DNA of 64,000 nt from Bugula neritina (lineage: Eukaryota; Animalia; Bryozoa). Positions within the stretch are counted from its first letter, which is position 1. Every line of letters begins with the position of its first letter. The notes beneath the pieces are model-generated. The model was given only the letters and a program-made list of their open reading frames with translations. It made no database searches and was not told where the DNA came from. Location: positions 15,199,675 through 15,263,674 of the forward strand of contig OZ037768.1 of assembly GCA_964035545.1 (NCBI GenBank), given 5' to 3'. Both the position numbers and the translations under genes were made by a program. Below are positions 32,001 through 48,000 of the stretch, piece after piece.

Positions 32001-33000
32001 AATGAGTTATACTGTAACACGTTGAAGTACACTGCAACATACTAAAATACACTGCAACACACTAAACTATACTGTAACTTACAGAAATGTACTGTAACAT
32101 ACTGAAACATGCGGCAACATATTGAAATATACTGCAACACATTGAAATATACTGCAACTTACTGAAATGTGCTGTAGCATACTGAAACACACTGTAACAT
32201 ATTGAAATACACTGCAACACACTGAAATATACTGAAACACACGGAAAAATATGGTAAACTACTGAAATATGTTACAAACTATTGAAACATACTGCAACAT
32301 AATGAAACATACTGCAACATACTGAAAGATACTGCAACATACTGCAACACACTGAAATACACTGTAGAATACTGCAATATACTGCAACATACTGAAATAT
32401 ACTGCAAGATACTGCAAAATACTGAAATACATTGTAAGATACCTAAATACACTGCAACATACTGCAACATACTGCAACATATTGAAATACACTGTAACAT
32501 ATTGAAAAACACTACAAGAGATTGAAATATACCGCAACATACCGAAGTATATGGTAGCCTACTGAAATATACTGCGACATATTGAAATATACTGCAACAT
32601 AATGATATATGCTGTAACATACTAAGACATACTGCAACATACTGAAATATAATGCAACATACTGAAATATACTCCAACATACTAAAATACACTGCAACAC
32701 ACTGCAACATACTTAAATATACTGCAACATACTGAAATACACTGTTACATACTGAATTACACTGCAACATACTGTAACATACTGAAGTTCACTGCAACAC
32801 ATTGAAATAAACTGCAACATACGGAATTATACTTCAACATACTGAGAAATACCGAAAAATATTGAAACATGCTGTAATACGCTGTAACATACTGAAATAC
32901 ACTGTAACATATTGGAATGCACTGCAACACATTGAAATATACCGCAACATACCGAAATGTTTGGTAACCTACTGAAATATGCTGTAACACATTGAAATAT
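29010..33000 (+). repeat. Diverged transition zone between subfamilies, with a 510-bp local duplication and a 2456-bp-spaced repeat
   Basis: Many private variants (ACGTTCGGAA 29381, GCTTAAGGCA 30661, GACTTAC 31405, AGTGAACTAT 31501) and a unique -1 register shift near 29340. Right-domain modules first appear here. Landmarks 29581/30091, 29701/30211 and 29821/30331 are 510 apart. ORF pairs 30301/32757 and 30697/33153 are 2456 apart. Confidence 0.75.
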
Positions 33001-36000
33001 ACTGCAACACATTGAAATATACCGCAACATACTAAAATATGCTACAGCATACTGAAATACACTGCAAGACACTGAAGTATACTGTAATAGACAGAAATGT
33101 ACTGTAACATACTGAAACTTATGGCAACATACTTAAATGTACTGCAACATACTTAAATATACCGCAACAAACTAAATATACGGTAACCTACCGAAATATG
33201 TTGCAAAGTCCTAAAATATACTAAGTCACAAAAAAATATCGCAACTGTGCAACATAATGAAATATACCGCAAAAACATTGAAATATCCTGCAACAGCTTA
33301 AGAGATACTGCAAAACACTGCAACATACTGAAACACACTGTAACATACTGAATTATACTGAAATACATTGTAAGATACTGAAATAGACTGCAACATACTG
33401 CAACATAATGGAATATATTGTAACCTACTGAAATATGTTGAAAACTACTGAAATATACTGCAACATTATGCAACATAATGAAAGATACTGCAACATACTG
33501 AAATAAACTGCAAGATACTGCAACATACTGAAATACACTGTAACATACTGAAATACACTGTAACATATTGAAATACACTGCAACATACTGCAACATACTA
33601 AAAAACACTGTAACATATTGAAATAAACTGCAACACATTGAAACATTCCGCAACATACCGAAATATATGGTAACCTAATGAAATATACTGTAACACGTTG
33701 AAGTACACTGCAACATACTGAAATACACTGCAACACACTAAAGTATACTGTAATTTACAGAAATGTACTGTAACATACTGAAATACACTGTAACATATTG
33801 AAAAACACTACAACACATTGAAATATACCGCAACAAACCGAAGTATATGGTAGCCTACTGAAATATACTGCGACATATTGAAATATACTGCAACATAATG
33901 AATTATGCTGTAACATACTAAGACATACTGCAACATCCTGAAATATAATGCAACATACTGAAATATACTCCAACATACTAAAATACACTGCAACACACTG
34001 CAACCTACTGAAATATACTGCAACATACTGAAATACACTGTAACATACTGAATTACACTGCAACATACTGTAACATACTGAAGTTCACTGCAACACATTG
34101 AAATAAACTGCAACATACAGAATTATACTTCAACATACTGAAATATACCGAAAAAAATTGAAACATACTGAAATACACTGCAACATACTGAAATATACTG
34201 CATGATACTGCAACATACTGATACACATTGTAAGATACTGAAATACACTGCAACATACCTCAACATACTGCAACGTATTGAAATACACTGTAACATGTTG
34301 AAATATACTGCAACATACTGAAACATACGGCAACATACTGAAATATACTGCGACACATTGAAATATAGTGCAACATACTGAAATATGCCGTAGCATACTG
34401 AAATACACTGCAATACACTGAATTATACTGTAATATACAGAAACGTACTGTAACACACTGAAACATACGGCAACATGCTAAAATATACTGCGACACATTG
34501 AAATATACTGCAACATACTGAAATACACCGTAATATACTAAACTCCACTGCAACATTCTGAAATACACTGTAACACATTGAAATACACTGCAACACATTG
34601 ACTTATACTGAAATACATTGTGAGGTACTGAAATACACTGCAACATACTGCAACATAATGGAATATATGGTAACCTACTGAAATATGTTGAAAACTACTG
34701 AAATATACTGCAACATAATGCAACATAATGAAAGATACTGCAACATACTGGAATAAACTGCAAGATACTGCAACATACTGAAATACATTGTAACATACTG
34801 AAATACACTGTAACATATTGAAATACACTGCAACACATTGAAACATTCCGCAACATACCGATATATATGGTAACCTAATGAAATACACTGTAACACGTTG
34901 AAGTACACTGCAACATACTGAAATACACTGCAACACACTAAAGTATACTGTAATTTACAGAAATGTACTGTAACATACTGAAACATGCGGCAACATATTG
35001 AAATATATTGCAACACATTGAAATATACTGGAACTTACTGAAATGTGCTGCTGCATACTGAAATACACTGCAACACAGTGAAGTATACTCTAATATACAG
35101 AAATGTACTGTAAAATACTGAAATATACTGCAACATACTGAATTACACCGTAACATACTGAAATACACTGTAACATATTGAAATACACTGCAACACACCA
35201 AAATATACTTAAACATACCAAATAATATGGTAAACTACTGAAATATGTTACAAACTATTGAAACATACTGCAACATAATGAAATATACTGCAACATACTG
35301 AAAGATATTGCAACATACTGCAACATACTGAAATACACTGTAGAATACTGCAATATACTGCAACATACTGAAATATACTGCAAGATACTGCAAAATACTG
35401 AAATACATTGTAAGATACCTAATTACACTGCAACATACTGCAACATACTGCAACATATTGAAATACACTGTAACATATTGAAAAACACTACAACACATTG
35501 AAATTCACCGCAACATACCGAAGTATATGGTAGCCTACTGAAATATACTGCGACATATTGAAATATATTGCAACATAATGAAATATGCTGTAACATACTA
35601 AGACATACTGCAACATATGGAAATATAATGCAACATACTGAAATATACTCTAACATACTAAAATACACTGCAACACACTGCAACATACTGAAATAGACTG
35701 CAACATACTGAAATACACTGTAACATACTGAATTACACTGCAACATACTGTAACATACTGAAGTTCACTGCAACACATTGAAATGAACTGCAACATACGA
35801 AATTATACTTCAACATACTAAAAAAAACCGAAAAATATTGAAACATGCTGTAATACACTGTAACATACTGAATTACACTGTAACATATTGGAATGCACTG
35901 CAACACATTGAAATATACCGCAACATACTGAAATATGCTACAGCATACTGAAATACACTGCAAGACACTGAATTATACTGTAGTATACAGAAATGTACTG

Positions 36001-39000
36001 TAACATACTGAAATCTATGGCAACATACTTAAATGTACTGCAACATACTTAAGTATACTGCAACAAACTGAATATACGGTAACCTACCGAAATATGTTGC
36101 AAACTCCTAAAATATACTAAGTCACCAAAAATATTGCAGTTGTGCAACATAATGTAATATACCGCAAAAACATTGAAATATCCTGCAACAGCTTAAGAGA
36201 TACTGCAAAATACTGCAACATACTGAAATACACTCTAACATACTGAAATACACTGCAACATACTGAAATACACTGTAACATATTAAAATACACTGCAACA
36301 CACTGAAATATACTGAAATATACCGAAATATATGGTAACCTACTGAAATATGTTGCAAACCACCGAAATATACTGCAACATACTGCAACATAATGAAGTA
36401 TACTGCAACATACTGAAATATACTGCAAGATACTGCAACATACTGAAATACACTGTAACATACTGAAATACACTGCAACATACTGAAATATACTGCATGA
36501 TACTGCAACATACTGAAACACATTGTAAGACACTTAAATACACTGCAACATACCGCAACATACGGCAACGTATTGAAATACACTGTAACATATTGAAAAA
36601 CACTGCAACACATTGAAATATACTGCAACATACTGAAACATACAGCAACATACTGAAATATACTCCAACATACTAAAATACACTGCAACACACTGCAACA
36701 TACTGAAATATACTGCAACATACTGAAATACACTGTTACATACTGAATTACACTGCAACATACTGTAACATACTGAAGTTCACTGCAACACATTGAAATA
36801 AACTGCAACATACGGAATTATACTTCAACATACTGAGAAATACCGAAAAATATTGAAACATGCTGTAATACGCTGTAACATACTGAAATACACTGTAACA
36901 TATTGGAATGCACTTCAACACATTGAAATATACCGCAACATACCGAAATGTTTGGTAACCTACTGAAATATGCTGTAACGCATTGAAATATACTGCAACA
37001 CATTGAAATATACCGCAACATACTAAAATATGCTACAGCATACTGAAATACACTGCAAGACACTGAAGTATACTGTAATAGACAGAAATGTACTGTAACA
37101 TACTGAAACTTATGGCAACATACTTAAATGTACTGCAACATACTTAAATATACCGCAACAAACTAAATATACGGTAACCTACCGAAATATGTTGCAAAGT
37201 CCTAAAATATACTAAGTCACGAAAAAATATCGCAACTGTGCAACATAATGAAATATACCGCAAAAACATTGAAATATCCTGCAACAGCTTAAGAGATACT
37301 GCAAAACACTGCAACATACTGAAACACACTGTAACATACTGAATTATACTGAAATACATTGTAAGATACTGAAATAGACTGCAACATACTGCAACATAAT
37401 GGAATATATGGTAACCTACTGAAATATGTTGAAAACTACTGAAATATACTGCAACATTATGCAACATAATGAAAGATACTGCAACATACTGAAATAAACT
37501 GCAAGATACTGCAACATACTGAAATACACTGTAACATACTGAAATACACTCTAACATATTGAAATACACTGCAACATACTGCAACATACTAAAAAACACT
37601 GTAACATATTGAAATAAACTGCAACACATTGAAACATTCCGCAACATACCGAAATATATGGTAACCTAATGAAATATACTGTAACACGTTGAAGTACACT
37701 GCAACATACTGAAATACACTGCAACACACTAAAGTATACTGTAATTTACAGAAATGTACTGTAACATACTGAAATACACTGTAACATATTGAAAAACACT
37801 ACAACACATTGAAATATACCGCAACAAACCGACGTATATGGTAGCCTACTGAAATATACTGCGACATATTGAAATATACTGCAACATAATGAATTATACT
37901 GTAACATACTAAGACATACTGCAACATCCTGAAATATAATGCAACATACTGAAATATACTCCAACATACTAAAATACACTGCAACACACTGCAACCTACT
38001 GAAATATACTGCAACATACTGAAATACACTGTAACATACTGAATTACACTGCATCATACTGTAACATACTGAAGTTCACTGCAACACATTGAAATAAACT
38101 GCAACATACAGAATTATACTTCAACATACTGAAATATACCGAAAAAAATTGAAACATACTGAAATACACTGCAACATACTGAAATATACTGCATGATACT
38201 GCAACATACTGATACACATTGTAAGATACTGAAATACACTGCAACATACCGCAACATACTGCAACGTATTGAAATACACTGTAACATATTGAAATATACT
38301 GCAACATACTGAAACATACGGCAACATACTGAAATATACTGCGACACATTGGAATATAGTGCAACATACTGAAATATGCTGTAGCATACTGAAATACACT
38401 GCAATACACTGAATTTTACTGTAATATACAGAAACGTACTGTAACACACTGAAACATACGTCAACATACTAAAACATACTGCGACACATTGAAATATACT
38501 GCAACATACTGAAATACACCGTAATATACTAAACTCCACTGCAACATTCTGAAATACACTGTAACACATTGAAATACACTGCAACACATTGAATTATACT
38601 GAAATACATTGTGAGGTACTGAAATACACTGCAACATACTGCAACATAATGGAATATATGGTAACCTACTGAAATATGTTGAAAACTACTGAAATATACT
38701 GCAACATAATGCAACATAATGAAAGATACTGCAACATACTGAAATAAACTGCAAGATACTGCAACATACTGAAATACATTGTAACATACTGAAATACACT
38801 GTAACATATTGAAATACACTGCAACACATTGAAACATTCCGCAACATACCGAAATATATGGTAACCTAATGAAATACACTGTAACACGTTGAAGTACACT
38901 GCAACATACTGAAATACACTGCAACACACTAAAGTATACTGTAATTTACAGAAATGTACTGTAACATACTGAAACATGCGGCAACATATTGAAATATACT

Positions 39001-42000
39001 GCAACACATTGAAATATACTGCAACTTACTGAAATGTGCTGCAGCATACTGAAATACACTGCAACACAGTGAAGTATACTCTAATATACAGAAATGTACT
39101 GTAAAATACTGAAATATACTGCAACATACTGAAATACACCGTAACATACTGAAATACACTGTAACATATTGAAATACACTGCAACACACCAAAATATACT
39201 TAAACATACCAAAAAATATAGTAAACTACTGAAATATGTTACAAACTATTGAAACATACTGCAACATAATGAAATATACTGCAACATACTGAAAGATATT
39301 GCAACATACTGCAACATACTGAAATACACTGTAGAATACTGCAATATACTGCAACATACTGAAATATACTGCAAGATACTGCAAAATACTGAAATACATT
39401 GTAAGATACCTAATTACACTGCAACATACTGCAACATACTGCAACATATTGAAATACACTGTAACATATTGAAAAACACTACAACACATTGAAATTCACC
39501 GCAACATACCGAAGTATATGGTAGCCTACTGAAATATACTGCGACATATTGAAATATATTGCAACATAATGAAATATGCTGTAACATACTAAGACATACT
39601 GCAACATATGGAAATATAATGCAACATACTGAAATATACTCCAACATACTAAAATACACTGCAACACACTGCAACATACTGAAATATACTGCAACATACT
39701 GAAATACACTGTAACATACTGAATTACACTGCAACATACTGTAACATACTGAAGTTCACTGCAACACATTGAAATGAACTGCAACATACGAAATTATACT
39801 TCAACATACTAAAAAAAACCGAAAAATATTGAAACATGCTGTAATACACTGTAACATACTGAAATACACTGTAACATATTGGAATGCACTGCAACACATT
39901 GAAATATACCGCAACATACTGAAATATGCTACAGCATACTGAAATACACTGCAAGACACTGAATTATACTGTAGTATACAGAAATGTACTGTAACATACT
40001 GAAATCTATGGCAACATACTTAAATGTACTGCAACATACTTAAGTATACTGCAACAAACTGAATATACGGTAACCTACCGAAATATGTTGCAAACTCCTA
40101 AAATATACTAAGTCACCAAAAATATTGCAGTTGTGCAACATAATGTAATATACCGCAAAAACATTGAAATATCCTGCAACAGCTTAAGAGATACTGCAAA
40201 ATACTGCAACATACTGAAATACACTCTAACATACTGAAATACACTGCAACATACTGAAATACACTGTAACATATTAAAATACACTGCAACACACTGAAAT
40301 ATACTGAAATATACCGAAATATATGGTAACCTAATGAAATACACTGTAACACGTTGAAGTACACTGCAACATATTGAAATACACTGCAACACACTAAAGT
40401 ATACTGTAATTTACAGAAATGTACTGTAACATACTGAAACATGCGGCAACATATTGAAATATACTGCAACACATTGAAATATACTGCAACTTACTGAAAT
40501 GTGCTGCAGCATACTGAAATACACTGCAACACAGTGAAGTATACTCTAATATACAGAAATGTACTGTAAAATACTGAAATATACTGCAACATACTGAAAT
40601 ACACTGTAACATATTGAAATACACTGCAACACACCAAAATATACTTAAACATACCAAAAAATATGGTAAACTACTGAAATATGTTACAAACTATTGAAAC
40701 ATACTGCAACATAATGAAATATACTGCAACATACTGAAAGATATTGCAACATACTGCAACATACTGAAATACACTGTAGAATACTGCAATATACTGCAAC
40801 ATACTGAAATATACTGCAACATACTGAAATACACTGTAACATACTGAATTACACTGCAACATACTGTAACATACTGAAGTTCACTGCAACACATTGAAAT
40901 GAACTGCAACATACGAAATTATACTTCAACATACTAAAAAAAACCGAAAAATATTGAAACATGCTGTAATACACTGTAACATACTGAAATACACTGTAAC
41001 ATATTGGAATGCACTGCAACACATTGAAATATACCGCAAGATACCGAAATGTTTGGTAACCTACTGAAATATGCTGTAACACATTGAAACATACTGCAAC
41101 ACATTGAAATAAACCGCAACATACTGAAATATGCTACAGCATACTGAAATACACTGCAAGACACTGAATTATACTGTAGTATACAGAAATGTACTGTAAC
41201 ATACTGAAATCTATGGCAACATACTTAAATGTACTGCAACATACTTAAGTATACTGCAACAAACTGAATATACGGTAACCTACCGAAATATGTTGCAAAC
41301 TCCTAAAATATACTAAGTCACCAAAAATATTGCAGTTGTGCAACATAATGTAATATACCGCAAAAACATTGAAATATCCTGCAACAGCTTAAGAGATACT
41401 GCAAAATACTGCAACATACTGAAATACACTCTAACATACTGAAATACACTGCAACAAACTGAAATACACTGTAACATATTAAAATACACTGCAACACACT
41501 GAAATATACTGAAATATACCGAAATATATGGTAACCTACTGAAATATGTTGCAAACCACCGAAATATACTGCAACATACTGCAACATAATGAAGTATACT
41601 GCAACATACTGAAATATACTGCAAGATACTGCAACATACTGAAATACACTGTAACATACTGAAATACACTGCAACATACTGAAATATACTGCATGATACT
41701 GCAACATACTGAAACACATTGTAAGACACTTAAATACACTGCAACATACCGCAACATACGGCAACGTATTGAAATACACTGTAACATATTGAAAAACACT
41801 GCAACACATTGAAATATACTGCAACATACTGAAACATACAGCAACATACTGAAATATACTCCAACATACTAAAATACACTGCAACACACTGCAACATACT
41901 GAAATATACTGCAACATACTGAAATACACTGTTACATACTGAATTACACTGCAACATACTGTAACATACTGAAGTTCACTGCAACACATTGAAATAAACT

Positions 42001-45000
42001 GCAACATACGGAATTATACTTCAACATACTGAGAAATACCGAAAAATATTGAAACATGCTGTAATACGCTGTAACATACTGAAATACACTGTAACATATT
42101 GGAATGCACTGCAACACATTGAAATATACCGCAACATACCGAAATGTTTGGTAACCTACTGAAATATGCTGTAACGCATTGAAATATACTGCAACACATT
42201 GAAATATACCGCAACATACTAAAATATGCTACAGCATACTGAAATACACTGCAAGACACTGAAGTATACTGTAATAGACAGAAATGTACTGTAACATACT
42301 GAAACTTATGGCAACATACTTAAATGTACTGCAACATACTTAAATATACCGCAACAAACTAAATATACGGTAACCTACCGAAATATGTTGCAAAGTCCTA
42401 AAATATACTAAGTCACAAAAAAATATCGCAACTGTGCAACATAATGAAATATACCGCAAAAACATTGAAATATCCTGCAACAGCTTAAGAGATACTGCAA
42501 AACACTGCAACATACTGAAACACACTGTAACATACTGAATTATACTGAAATACATTGTAAGATACTGAAATAGACTGCAACATACTGCAACATAATGGAA
42601 TATATTGTAACCTACTGAAATATGTTGAAAACTACTGAAATATACTGCAACATTATGCAACATAATGAAAGATACTGCAACATACTGAAATAAACTGCAA
42701 GATACTGCAACATACTGAAATACACTGTAACATACTGAAATACACTGTAACATATTGAAATACACTGCAACATACTGCAACATACTAAAAAACACTGTAA
42801 CATATTGAAATAAACTGCAACACATTGAAACATTCCGCAACATACCGAAATATATGGTAACCTAATGAAATATACTGTAACACGTTGAAGTACACTGCAA
42901 CATACTGAAATACACTGCAACACACTAAAGTATACTGTAATTTACAGAAATGTACTGTAACATACTGAAATACACTGTAACATATTGAAAAACACTACAA
43001 CACATTGAAATATACCGCAACAAACCGAAGTATATGGTAGCCTACTGAAATATACTGCGACATATTGAAATATACTGCAACATAATGAATTATGCTGTAA
43101 CATACTAAGACATACTGCAACATCCTGAAATATAATGCAACATACTGAAATATACTCCAACATACTAAAATACACTGCAACACACTGCAACCTACTGAAA
43201 TATACTGCAACATACTGAAATACACTGTAACATACTGAATTACACTGCAACATACTGTAACATACTGAAGTTCACTGCAACACATTGAAATAAACTGCAA
43301 CATACAGAATTATACTTCAACATACTGAAATATACCGAAAAAAATTGAAACATACTGAAATACACTGCAACATACTGAAATATACTGCATGATACTGCAA
43401 CATACTGATACACATTGTAAGATACTGAAATACACTGCAACATACCTCAACATACTGCAACGTATTGAAATACACTGTAACATGTTGAAATATACTGCAA
43501 CATACTGAAACATACGGCAACATACTGAAATATACTGCGACACATTGAAATATAGTGCAACATACTGAAATATGCCGTAGCATACTGAAATACACTGCAA
43601 TACACTGAATTATACTGTAATATACAGAAACGTACTGTAACACACTGAAACATACGGCAACATGCTAAAATATACTGCGACACATTGAAATATACTGCAA
43701 CATACTGAAATACACCGTAATATACTAAACTCCACTGCAACATTCTGAAATACACTGTAACACATTGAAATACACTGCAACACATTGACTTATACTGAAA
43801 TACATTGTGAGGTACTGAAATACACTGCAACATACTGCAACATAATGGAATATATGGTAACCTACTGAAATATGTTGAAAACTACTGAAATATACTGCAA
43901 CATAATGCAACATAATGAAAGATACTGCAACATACTGGAATAAACTGCAAGATACTGCAACATACTGAAATACATTGTAACATACTGAAATACACTGTAA
44001 CATATTGAAATACACTGCAACACATTGAAACATTCCGCAACATACCGATATATATGGTAACCTAATGAAATACACTGTAACACGTTGAAGTACACTGCAA
44101 CATACTGAAATACACTGCAACACACTAAAGTATACTGTAATTTACAGAAATGTACTGTAACATACTGAAACATGCGGCAACATATTGAAATATATTGCAA
44201 CACATTGAAATATACTGGAACTTACTGAAATGTGCTGCTGCATACTGAAATACACTGCAACACAGTGAAGTATACTCTAATATACAGAAATGTACTGTAA
44301 AATACTGAAATATACTGCAACATACTGAATTACACCGTAACATACTGAAATACACTGTAACATATTGAAATACACTGCAACACACCAAAATATACTTAAA
44401 CATACCAAATAATATGGTAAACTACTGAAATATGTTACAAACTATTGAAACATACTGCAACATAATGAAATATACTGCAACATACTGAAAGATATTGCAA
44501 CATACTGCAACATACTGAAATACACTGTAGAATACTGCAATATACTGCAACATACTGAAATATACTGCAAGATACTGCAAAATACTGAAATACATTGTAA
44601 GATACCTAATTACACTGCAACATACTGCAACATACTGCAACATATTGAAATACACTGTAACATATTGAAAAACACTACAACACATTGAAATTCACCGCAA
44701 CATACCGAAGTATATGGTAGCCTACTGAAATATACTGCGACATATTGAAATATATTGCAACATAATGAAATATGCTGTAACATACTAAGACATACTGCAA
44801 CATATGGAAATATAATGCAACATACTGAAATATACTCTAACATACTAAAATACACTGCAACACACTGCAACATACTGAAATAGACTGCAACATACTGAAA
44901 TACACTGTAACATACTGAATTACACTGCAACATACTGTAACATACTGAAGTTCACTGCAACACATTGAAATGAACTGCAACATACGAAATTATACTTCAA

Positions 45001-48000
45001 CATACTAAAAAAAACCGAAAAATATTGAAACATGCTGTAATACACTGTAACATACTGAATTACACTGTAACATATTGGAATGCACTGCAACACATTGAAA
45101 TATACCGCAACATACTGAAATATGCTACAGCATACTGAAATACACTGCAAGACACTGAATTATACTGTAGTATACAGAAATGTACTGTAACATACTGAAA
45201 TCTATGGCAACATACTTAAATGTACTGCAACATACTTAAGTATACTGCAACAAACTGAATATACGGTAACCTACCGAAATATGTTGCAAACTCCTAAAAT
45301 ATACTAAGTCACCAAAAATATTGCAGTTGTGCAACATAATGTAATATACCGCAAAAACATTGAAATATCCTGCAACAGCTTAAGAGATACTGCAAAATAC
45401 TGCAACATACTGAAATACACTCTAACATACTGAAATACACTGCAACATACTGAAATACACTGTAACATATTAAAATACACTGCAACACACTGAAATATAC
45501 TGAAATATACCGAAATATATGGTAACCTACTGAAATATGTTGCAAACCACCGAAATATACTGCAACATACTGCAACATAATGAAGTATACTGCAACATAC
45601 TGAAATATACTGCAAGATACTGCAACATACTGAAATACACTGTAACATACTGAAATACACTGCAACATACTGAAATATACTGCATGATACTGCAACATAC
45701 TGAAACACATTGTAAGACACTTAAATACACTGCAACATACCGCAACATACGGCAACGTATTGAAATACACTGTAACATATTGAAAAACACTGCAACACAT
45801 TGAAATATACTGCAACATACTGAAACATACAGCAACATACTGAAATATACTCCAACATACTAAAATACACTGCAACACACTGCAACATACTGAAATATAC
45901 TGCAACATACTGAAATACACTGTTACATACTGAATTACACTGCAACATACTGTAACATACTGAAGTTCACTGCAACACATTGAAATAAACTGCAACATAC
46001 GGAATTATACTTCAACATACTGAGAAATACCGAAAAATATTGAAACATGCTGTAATACGCTGTAACATACTGAAATACACTGTAACATATTGGAATGCAC
46101 TTCAACACATTGAAATATACCGCAACATACCGAAATGTTTGGTAACCTACTGAAATATGCTGTAACGCATTGAAATATACTGCAACACATTGAAATATAC
46201 CGCAACATACTAAAATATGCTACAGCATACTGAAATACACTGCAAGACACTGAAGTATACTGTAATAGACAGAAATGTACTGTAACATACTGAAACTTAT
46301 GGCAACATACTTAAATGTACTGCAACATACTTAAATATACCGCAACAAACTAAATATACGGTAACCTACCGAAATATGTTGCAAAGTCCTAAAATATACT
46401 AAGTCACGAAAAAATATCGCAACTGTGCAACATAATGAAATATACCGCAAAAACATTGAAATATCCTGCAACAGCTTAAGAGATACTGCAAAACACTGCA
46501 ACATACTGAAACACACTGTAACATACTGAATTATACTGAAATACATTGTAAGATACTGAAATAGACTGCAACATACTGCAACATAATGGAATATATGGTA
46601 ACCTACTGAAATATGTTGAAAACTACTGAAATATACTGCAACATTATGCAACATAATGAAAGATACTGCAACATACTGAAATAAACTGCAAGATACTGCA
46701 ACATACTGAAATACACTGTAACATACTGAAATACACTCTAACATATTGAAATACACTGCAACATACTGCAACATACTAAAAAACACTGTAACATATTGAA
46801 ATAAACTGCAACACATTGAAACATTCCGCAACATACCGAAATATATGGTAACCTAATGAAATATACTGTAACACGTTGAAGTACACTGCAACATACTGAA
46901 ATACACTGCAACACACTAAAGTATACTGTAATTTACAGAAATGTACTGTAACATACTGAAATACACTGTAACATATTGAAAAACACTACAACACATTGAA
47001 ATATACCGCAACAAACCGACGTATATGGTAGCCTACTGAAATATACTGCGACATATTGAAATATACTGCAACATAATGAATTATACTGTAACATACTAAG
47101 ACATACTGCAACATCCTGAAATATAATGCAACATACTGAAATATACTCCAACATACTAAAATACACTGCAACACACTGCAACCTACTGAAATATACTGCA
47201 ACATACTGAAATACACTGTAACATACTGAATTACACTGCATCATACTGTAACATACTGAAGTTCACTGCAACACATTGAAATAAACTGCAACATACAGAA
47301 TTATACTTCAACATACTGAAATATACCGAAAAAAATTGAAACATACTGAAATACACTGCAACATACTGAAATATACTGCATGATACTGCAACATACTGAT
47401 ACACATTGTAAGATACTGAAATACACTGCAACATACCGCAACATACTGCAACGTATTGAAATACACTGTAACATATTGAAATATACTGCAACATACTGAA
47501 ACATACGGCAACATACTGAAATATACTGCGACACATTGGAATATAGTGCAACATACTGAAATATGCTGTAGCATACTGAAATACACTGCAATACACTGAA
47601 TTTTACTGTAATATACAGAAACGTACTGTAACACACTGAAACATACGTCAACATACTAAAACATACTGCGACACATTGAAATATACTGCAACATACTGAA
47701 ATACACCGTAATATACTAAACTCCACTGCAACATTCTGAAATACACTGTAACACATTGAAATACACTGCAACACATTGAATTATACTGAAATACATTGTG
47801 AGGTACTGAAATACACTGCAACATACTGCAACATAATGGAATATATGGTAACCTACTGAAATATGTTGAAAACTACTGAAATATACTGCAACATAATGCA
47901 ACATAATGAAAGATACTGCAACATACTGAAATAAACTGCAAGATACTGCAACATACTGAAATACATTGTAACATACTGAAATACACTGTAACATATTGAA

